Source of the DNA: Antedon mediterranea | Lineage: Eukaryota; Animalia; Echinodermata | Reading direction: 5' to 3' | Length of the DNA: 64,000 nt | Assembly (NCBI RefSeq): GCF_964355755.1 | Contig: NC_092675.1 | Location: 13,424,812 to 13,488,811 of the forward strand | Part shown: positions 45,001-54,224 of the stretch, one piece after another | Position numbering within the stretch: position 1 is the stretch's first letter | Layout: the number at the start of each line of letters is the position of its first letter | Position numbers and translations under genes: made by a program | Notes under the pieces: generated by a model | Told to the model about the DNA's origin: nothing | Databases searched by the model: none | The model's input: only the letters and a program-made list of their open reading frames with translations

Positions 45001-48000
45001 GAAAAAACTTGTTAACATAAAAACACCAAAGTGCTTAGAATAGCTTCAAATCGCATTTGGAGACATTTTAGACCAATTTGTGATTTTCTAAAAAACTTAT
45101 CAACATAAAAACACCAAAGGGTTTAGAATATCTTCAAATCGCATTTGGAGACGTTTTAGACCATTTTGTGATTTTCGAAAAAACTTGTTAACATAAAAAC
45201 ACCAAAGTGCTTAGAATAGCTTCAAATCGCATTTGGAGACGTTTTAGACCAATTTGTGATTTTCGAAAAAACTTATCAACATAAAAACACCAAAGGGTTT
45301 AGAATAGCTTCATTTGGAGACGTTTTAGACCATTTTGTGATTTTGAAAAAACTTGTTAACATAAAAACACCAAAGTGCTTAGAATAGCTTCAAATCGCAT
45401 TTGGAGACGTTTTAGACCATTTTGTGATTTTCGAAAAAACTTGTTAACATAAAAACACCAAAGTGCTTAGAATAGCTTCAAATCGTATTTGGAGACGTTT
45501 TAGACCATTTTGAGATTTTCGAAAAAACTTGGTTACACAAAAACATCAAAGTGCTTAAAATCACATTATAAACCGTTTTAGACCATTTTGAGCATTTCGA
45601 TAACACTTTTCACACAAAAACATCAAAGAGCACAAAATAGCTTAATATCGTATTTAAAAACGTTTTAGACCATTTTGAGAATTTAGACAAAACTTTTTCA
45701 CACAAAACACCAAAGTGCTTAGAATAGCTTCAAATCGCATTTGGATACGTTTTAGAACATTTTGGGTTTTTCGAAAAAAACTGTTAACATAAAAACACCA
45801 AAGTGCTTAGAATAGCTTCAAATCGCATTTGGAGACGTTTTAGAACATTTTGTGTTCTTCGAAAAAACCTGTTAACATAAAAACACCAAAGTGCTTAGAA
45901 TAGCTTCAAATCGCATTTGGAGACGTTTTAGACCATTTTGTGATTTTTGAAAAAACTTGTTAACATGAAAACACCAAAGTGCTTAGAATAGCTTCAAATC
46001 ACATTTGGAGACGTTTTAGACCATTTTGTGATTTTCGAAAAAACTTGTTAACATAAAAACACGAAAGTGGTTAGAATAGCTTCAAATCGCATTTGGAAAC
46101 GTTTTAGACCATTTTGTGATTTTCGAAAAAGATTGTTAACATAAAAACACCAAAGTGCTTAGAATCACAATATAAACCGTTTTAGACCATTTTGAGCATT
46201 TCGATAACAATTTTCACACAAAAACATCAAAGAGCACAAAATAGCTTAATATCGTATTTAAAAATGTTTTAGACCATTTTGAGCATTTGGATAAAACTTT
46301 TTCACACAAAACACCAAAGTGCTTAGAATAGCTTCAAATCGCATTTGGAGACGGTTTAGACCATTTTGTGATTTTGAAAAAACTTGTTAACATAAAAACA
46401 CCAAAGTGCTTAGAATAGCTTCAAATCGCATTTGGAGACGTTTTAGACCATTTTGTGATTTTCGAAAGAACTTGTTAACATAAAAACACCAAAGTGCTTA
46501 GAATAGCTTCAAATCGTATTTGGAGACGTTTTAGACCATTTTGAGATTTTCGAAAAAACTTGGTTACACAAAAACATCAAAGTGCTTAAAATCACATTAT
46601 AGACCGTTTTAGACCATTTTGAACATTTCGATAACACTTTTCACACAAAAACATCAAAGAGCACAAAATAGCTTAATATCGTATTTAAAAACGTTTTAGA
46701 CCATTTTGAGCATTTCGACAAAACTTTTTCACACAAAACACCAAAGTGCTTAGAATAGCTTCAAATCGCATTTGGAGACGTTTTAGACCAATTTGTGCAT
46801 TTCGATGAAACTTGATTACACAAAAACATCAACGTGCTTAAAATGACATTATAAACCGTTTTAGACCATTTTGAGCATTTCGATAACACTTTTCACACAA
46901 AAACATCAAAGAGCACAAAATAGCTTAATATCGTATTTAAAAACGTTTTAGACCATTTTGAGCATTTAGACAAAACTTTTTCACACAAAACACCAAAGTG
47001 CTTAGAATAGCTTCAAATCGCATTTGGAGACGTTTTAGACCATTTTGTGATTTTTGAAAAAACTTGTTAACATAAAAACACCAAAGTGCTTAGAATAGCT
47101 TCAAATCACATTTGGAGACGTTTTAGACCATTTTGTGATTTTCGAAAAAACTTGTTAACATAAAAACACCAAAGTGCTTAGAATAGCTTCAAATCGTATT
47201 TGGAGACGTTTTAGACCATTTTGTGATTTTGAAAAAACTTGGTTACACAAAAACATCAAAGTGCTTAAAATCACATTATAAACCGTTTTAGACCATTTTG
47301 AACATTTCGATAACACTTTTCACACAAAAACATCAAAGAGCACAAAATAGCTTAATATCGTATTTAAAAACGTTTTAGACCATTTTGAGCATTTCGACAA
47401 AACTTTTTCACACAAAACACCAAAGTGCTTAGAATAGCTTCAAATCGCATTTGGAGACGTTTTAGACCAATTTGTGCATTTCGATGAAACTTGATTACAC
47501 AAAAACATCAAAGTGCTTAAAATCACATTATAAACCGTTTTAGACCATTTTGAGCATTTCGATAACACTTTTCACACAAAAACATCAAAGAGCACAAAAT
47601 AGCTTAATATCGTATTTAAAAACGTTTTAGACCATTTTGAGCATTTAGACAAAACTTTTTCAGACAAAACACCAAAGTGCTTAGAATAGCTTCAAATCGC
47701 ATTTGGAGACGTTTTAGACCATTTTGTGCATTTCGATGAAACTTGGTTACACAAAAACATCAAAGTGCTTAAAATCACATTATAAATCGTTTTAGACCAT
47801 TTTGAGCATTTCGACAAAACTTTTTCACACAAAATACCAAAGTGCTTAGAATAGCTTCAAATCGCATTTGGAGACGTTTTAGACCATTTTGTGATTTTCG
47901 AAAAAACTTTTTAACATAAAAACACCAAAGTGCTTAGAATAGCTTCAAATCACATTTGGAGACATTTTAGACCATAAGTGCTTAGAATCACATTATAAAC

Positions 48001-51000
48001 CGTTTTAGACCATTTTGAGCATTTCGATAACAATTTTCACACAAAAACATCAAAGAGCACAAAATAGCTTAATATCGTATTTAAAAATGTTTTAGACCAT
48101 TTTGAGCATTTAGATAAAACTTTTTCACACAAAACACCAAAGTGCTTAGAATAGCTTCAAATCGCATTTGGAGACGTTTTAGACCAATTTGTGATTTTTG
48201 AAAAAACTTGTTAACATAAAAACACCAAAGTGCTTAGAATAGCTTCAAATCACATTTGGAGACGTTTTAGACCATTTTGTGATTTTGAACAAACTTGTTA
48301 ACATAAAAACACCAAAGTGCTTAGAATAGCTTCAAATCGTATTTGGAGACGTTTTAGACCTTTTTGAGATTTTCGAAAAAACTTGGTTACACAAAAACAT
48401 CAAAGTGCTTAAAATCACATTATAAACCGTTTTAGACCATTTTGAGCATTTCGATAACACTTTTCACACAAAAACATCAAAGAGCACAAAATAGCTTAAT
48501 ATCGTATTTAAAAACGTTTTAGACCATTTTGAGCATTTCGACAAAACTTTTTCACACAAAACACCAAAGTGCTTAGAATAGCTTCAAATCGCATTTGGAG
48601 ACGTTTTAGACCAATTTGTGCATTTCGATGAAACTTGATTACACAAAAACATCAAAGTGCTTAAAATCACATTATAAACCGTTTTAGACCATTTTGAGCA
48701 TTTCGATAACACTTTTCACACAAAAACATCAAAGAGCACAAAATAGCTTAATATCGTATTTAAAAACGTTTTAGACCATTTTGAGCATTTAGACAAAACT
48801 TTTTCACACAAAACACCAAAGTGCTTAGAATAGCTTCAAATCGCATTTGGAGACGTTTTAGACCATTTTGTGCATTTCGATGAAACTTGGTTACACAAAA
48901 ACATCAAAGTGCTTAAAATCACATTATAAATCGTTTTAGACCATTTTGTGATTTTCGAAAAAACTTTTTAACATAAAAACACCAAAGTGCTTAGAATAGC
49001 TTCAAATCACATTTGGAGACATTTTAGACCATTTTGTGATTTTCGAAAAAACTTGTTAACATAAAAACACGAAAGTGCTTAGAATAGCTTCAAATCGCAT
49101 TTGGAAACGTTTTAGACCATTTTGTGATTTTCGAAAAAACTTTTTAACATAAAAACACGAAAGTGCTTAGAATCACATTATAAACCGTTTTAGACCATTT
49201 TGAGCATTTCGATAACAATTTTCACACAAAAACATCAAAGAGCACAAAATAGCTTAATATCGTATTTAAAAATGTTTTAGACCATTTTGAGCATTTAGAT
49301 AAAACTTTTTCACACAAAACACCAAAGTGCTTAGAATAGCTTCAAATCGCATTTGGAGACGTTTTAGACCATTTTGTGATTTTTGAAAAAACTTGTTAAC
49401 ATAAAAATACCAAAGTGCTTAGAATAGCTTCAAATCACATTTGGAGATGTTTTAGACCATTTTGTGATTTTTGAAAAAACTTGTTAACATAAAAACACCA
49501 AAGTGCTTAGAATAGCTTCAAATCACATTTGGAGACGTTTTAGACCATTTTGTGATTTTCGAAAAAACTTGTTAACATAAAAACACGAAAGTGCTTAGAA
49601 TAGCTTCAAATCGCATTTGGAAACGTTTTAGACCATTTTGTGATTTTCAAAAAAGATTGTTAACATAAAAACACCAAAGTGCTTAGAATCACAATATAAA
49701 CCGTTTTAGACCATTTTGAGCATTTCGATAACAATTTTCACACAAAAACATCAAAGAGCACAAAATAGCTTAATATCGTATTTAAAAATGTTTTAGACCA
49801 TTTTGAGCATTTAGATAAAACTTTTTCACACAAAACACCAAAGTGCTTAGAATAGCTTCAAATCGCATTTGGAGACGGTTTAGACCATTTTGTGATTTTG
49901 AAAAAACTTGTTAACATAAAAACACCAAAGTGCTTAGAATAGCTTCAAATCGTATTTGGAGACGTTTTAGACCATTTTGAGATTTTCGAAAAAACTTGGT
50001 TACACAAAAACATCAAAGTGCTTAAAATCACATTATAAACCGTTTTAGACCATTTTGAACATTTCGATAACACTTTTCACACAAAAACATCAAAGAGCAC
50101 AAAATAGCTTAATATCGTATTTAAAAACGTTTTAGACCATTTTGAGCATTTCGACAAAACTTTTTCACACAAAACACCAAAGTGCTTAGAATAGCTTCAA
50201 ATCGCATTTGGAGACGTTTTAGACCAATTTGTGCATTTCGATGAAACTTGATTACACAAAAACATCAACGTGCTTAAAATCACATTATAAACCGTTTTAG
50301 ACCATTTTGAGCATTTCGATAACACTTTTCACACAAAAACATCAAAGAGCACAAAATAGCTTAATATCGTATTTAAAAACGTTTTAGACCATTTTGAGCA
50401 TTTAGACAAAACTTTTTCACACAAAACACCAAAGTGCTTAGAATAGCTTCAAATCGCATTTGGAGACGTTTTAGACCATTTTGTGCATTTCGATGAAACT
50501 TGGTTACACAAAAACATCAAAGTGCTTAAAATCACATTATAAATCGTTTTAGACCATTTTGAGCATTTCAACAAAACTTTTTCACACCAAATACCAAAGG
50601 GCTTAGAATAGCTTCAAATCTTATTTGGAGACGTTTTAGACCATTTTGTGATTTTCGAAAAAACTTTTTAACATAAAAACACCAAAGTGCTTAGAATAGC
50701 TTCAAATCACATTTGGAGACGTTTTAGACCATTTTGTGATTTTCGAAAAAACTTGTTAACATAAAAACACGAAAGTGCTTAGAATAGTTTCAAATCGCAT
50801 TTGGAAACGTTTTAGACCATTTTGTGATTTTCGAAAAAAATTGTTAACATAAAAACACCAAAGTGCTTAGAATCACATTATAAACCGTTTTAGACCATTT
50901 TGAGCATTTCGATAACAATTTTCACACAAAAACATCAAAGAGCACAAAATAGCTTAATATCGTATTTAAAAATGTTTTAGACCATTTTGAGCATTTAGAT

Positions 51001-53755
51001 AAAACTTTTTCACACAAAACACCAAAGTGCTTAGAATAGCTTCAAATCGCATTTGGAGACCTTTTAGACCATTTTGTGATTTTTGAAAAAACTTGTTAAC
51101 ATAAAAACACCAAAGTGCTTAGAATAGCTTCAAATCACATTTGGAGACGTTTTAGACCATTTTGTGATTTTCGAAAAAACTTGTTAACATAAAAACACGA
51201 AAGTGCTTAGAATAGCTTCAAATCGCATTTGGAAACGTTTTAGACCATTTTGTGATTTTTGAAAAAACTTGTTAACATAAAAACACCAAAGTGCTTAGAA
51301 TAGCTTCAAATCACATTTGGAGACGTTTTAGACCATTTTGTGATTTTCGAAAAAACTTGTTAACATAAAAACACGAAAGTGCTTAGAATAGCTTCAAATC
51401 GCATTTGGAAACGTTTTAGACCATTTTGTGATTTTCGAAAAAACTTGTTAACATAAAAACACGAAAGTGCTTAGAATAGCTTCAAATCGCATTTGGAAAC
51501 GTTTTAGACCATTTTGTGATTTTCGAAAAAAATTGTTAACATAAAAACACCAAAGTGTTTAGAATAGCTTCAAATCGCATTTGGAGACGTTTTAGACCAA
51601 TTTGTGATTTTCGAAAAAACTTATCAACATAAAAACACCAAAGGGATTAGAATAGCTTCAAATCGCATTTGGAGACGTTTTAGACCATTTTGTGATTTTG
51701 AAAAAAATTGTTAACATAAAAACACCAAAGTGCTTAGAATAGCTTCAAATCGCATTTGGAGACGTTTTAGACCATTTTGTGATTTTCGAAAAAACTTGTT
51801 AACATAAAAACACCAAAGTGCTTAGAATAGCTTCAAATCGTATTTGGAGACGTTTTAGACTATTTTGAGATTTTCGAAAAAACTTGGTTACACAAAAACA
51901 TCAAAGTGCTTAAAATCACATTATAAACCGTTTTAGACCATTTTGAGCATTTCGATAACACTTTTCACACAAAAACATCAAAGAGCACAAAATAGCTTAA
52001 TATCGTATTTAAAAACGTTTTAGACCATTTTGAGCAATTCGACAAAACTTTTTCACACAAAACACCAAAGTGCTTAGAATAGCTTCAAATCGCATTTGGA
52101 GACGTTTTAGACCAATTTGTGCATTTCGATGAAACTTGATTACACAAAAACATCAAAGTGCTTAAAATCACATTATAAACCGTTTTAGACCATTTTGAGC
52201 ATTTCGATAACACTTTTCACACAAAAACATCAAAGAGCACAAAATAGCTTAATATCGTATTTAAAAACGTTTTAGACCATTTTGAGCATTTAGACAAAAC
52301 TTTTTCACACAAAACACCAAAGTGCTTAGAATAGCTTCAAATCGCATTTGGAGACGTTTTAGACCATTTTGTGCATTTCGATGAAACTTGGTTACACAAA
52401 AACATCAAAGTGCTTAAAATCACATTATAAATCGTTTTAGACCATTTTGAGCATTTCGACAAAACTTTTTCACACAAAATACCAAAGTGCTTAGAATAGC
52501 TTCAAATCGCATTTGGAGACGTTTTAGACCATTTTGTGATTTTCGAAAAAACTTTTTAACATAAAAACACCAAAGTGCTTAGAATAGCTTCAAATCACAT
52601 TTGGAGACGTTTTAGACCATAAGTGCTTAGAATCACATTATAAACCGTTTTAGACCATTTTGAGCATTTCGATAACAATTTTAACACAAAAACATCAAAG
52701 AGCACAAAATAGCTTAATATCGTATTTAAAAATGTTTTAGACCATTTTGAGCATTTAGATAAAACTTTTTCACACAAAACACCAAAGTGCTTAGAATAGC
52801 TTCAAATCGCATTTGGAGACGTTTTAGACCAATTTGTGATTTTTGAAAAAACTTGTTAACATAAAATCACCAAAGTGCTTAGAATAGCTTCAAATCACAT
52901 TTGGAGACGTTTTAGACCATTTTGTGATTTTGAACAAACTTGTTAACATAAAAACACCAAAGTGCTTAGAATAGCTTCAAATCGCATTTGGAGACGTTTT
53001 AGACCATTTTGTGATTTTCGAAAAAACTTGTTAACATAAAAACACGAAAGTGCTTAGAATAGCTTCAAATCGCATTTGGAAACGTTTTAGACCATTTTGT
53101 GATTTTCGAAAAAAATTGTTAACATAAAAACACCAAAGTGCTTAGAATCACATTATAAACCGTTTTAGACCATTTTGAGCATTTCGATAACAATTTTCAC
53201 ACAAAAACATCAAAGAGCACAAAATAGCTTAATATCGTATTTAAAAATGTTTTAGACCATTTTGAGCATTTAGATAAAACTTTTTCACACAAAACACCAA
53301 AGTGCTTAGAATAGCTTCAAATCGCATTTGGAGACGTTTTAGACCATTTTGTGATTTTTGAAAAAACTTGTTAACATAAAAACACCAAAGTGCTTAGAAT
53401 AGCTTCAAATCACATTTGGAGACGTTTTAGACCATTTTGTGATTTTCGAAAAAACTTTTTAACATAAAAACACCAAAGTGCTTAGAATAGCTTCAAATCA
53501 CATTTGGAGACGTTTTAGACCATTTTGTGATTTTTGAAAAAACTTGTTAACATAAAAACACGAAAGTGCTTAGAATAGCTTCAAATCGCATTTGGAAACG
53601 TTTTAGACCATTTTGTGATTTTCGAAAAAGATTGTTAACATAAAAACACCAAAGTGCTTAGAATCACATTATAAACCGTTTTAGACCATTTTGAGCATTT
53701 CGATAACAATTTTCACACAAAAACATCAAAGAGCACAAAATAGCTTAATATCGTA
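1..53755. repeat. Satellite DNA array (left arm), 88/87/78-bp monomer family with higher-order structure; continues beyond the window start
   Basis: The anchor GTTTTAGACCATTTTG recurs every 78-89 bp (e.g. TTTTAGACC starts at 450, 538 and 616, 703). The main 88-mer is TTTTAGACCATTTTGTGATTTTCGAAAAAACTTGTTAACATAAAAACACCAAAGTGCTTAGAATAGCTTCAAATCGCATTTGGAGACG. All copies are in the same orientation. Confidence 0.98.
53751..53755 (+). other. Target-site duplication, left copy (TCGTA)
   Basis: Left junction is TAATA-TCGTA|TGTAAC; right junction is GTAACA|TCGTA-TTTAAAAATG. Removing the element and one TCGTA restores the normal monomer AATATCGTATTTAAAAATG. Confidence 0.95.
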
Positions 53756-54028
53756 TGTAACTGCAGCCTACTTACAGGAGGCCCTCTAGAGCTCAGATAG
53801 ATAAAAAGTGATAAGAGAGAATAAGACATTTTTTATGACATAAAGTTTAGAGATAATCATTGTTAAAAGTATCTTTACCATAGGCTCCAATAAGGCTACA
53901 AGGTATTTATACATGGTTATTCATGTGATTGTAATTATAACTTATGACTTGTATTTTTAATTAGTTGAGTTTTACTTCATTGCTGAGAGCTAGCCCTAGG
54001 CCTTAGGGTACCATGTTCCCCGGCCCCA

Positions 54029-54035
54029 TGAGTCA
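54029..54035 (+). promoter_or_regulatory. AP-1/TRE-type motif TGAGTCA in the LTR, next to a GC-rich CCCCGGCCCC stretch
   Basis: Exact AP-1 consensus about 75 bp upstream of the candidate start at 54110. Motif match only; function is untested. Confidence 0.35.
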
Positions 54036-54109
54036 GACCTGTGCTTGTCTGCCTGTACGATGATGATATGATTAGGCCTACATTGTAATGCTAATCTTTG
54101 TTTTATTAT

Positions 54110-54118
54110 AGTTTTCAC
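54110..54118 (+). other. Candidate self-primer segment in the LTR (AGTTTTCAC); copy in the 3' LTR at 60732-60740
   Basis: Exact reverse complement of 54247-54255, lying upstream of the LTR poly(A) signal. Confidence 0.6.
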
Positions 54119-54224
54119 GGTGTTTATTCAAGTTGCTAATGATACTGTAATTTGTAGAGATACAAGAGATAGTTCAGAGAATAAATAAAGGAACATCAGT
54201 ATCTACAAAATTTGTAATTTATTT

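Noticed and set aside
1-53755. CRISPR-like appearance (constant GTTTTAGACC anchor with variable intervening sequence)
   Set aside because: The intervening sequences are homologous to each other rather than unique spacers. There are no cas genes and the context is eukaryotic.
53750-53755. 6-bp TSD ATCGTA
   Set aside because: The extra A on the right side is the terminal A of the LTR (present in both LTR copies as ...AACA), so the TSD is 5 bp.
53904-53911. TATTTATA as the LTR TATA box
   Set aside because: Plausible but common in AT-rich DNA. It is about 200 bp from the candidate start at 54110 and overlaps the candidate splice donor, so it cannot be supported without TSS data.
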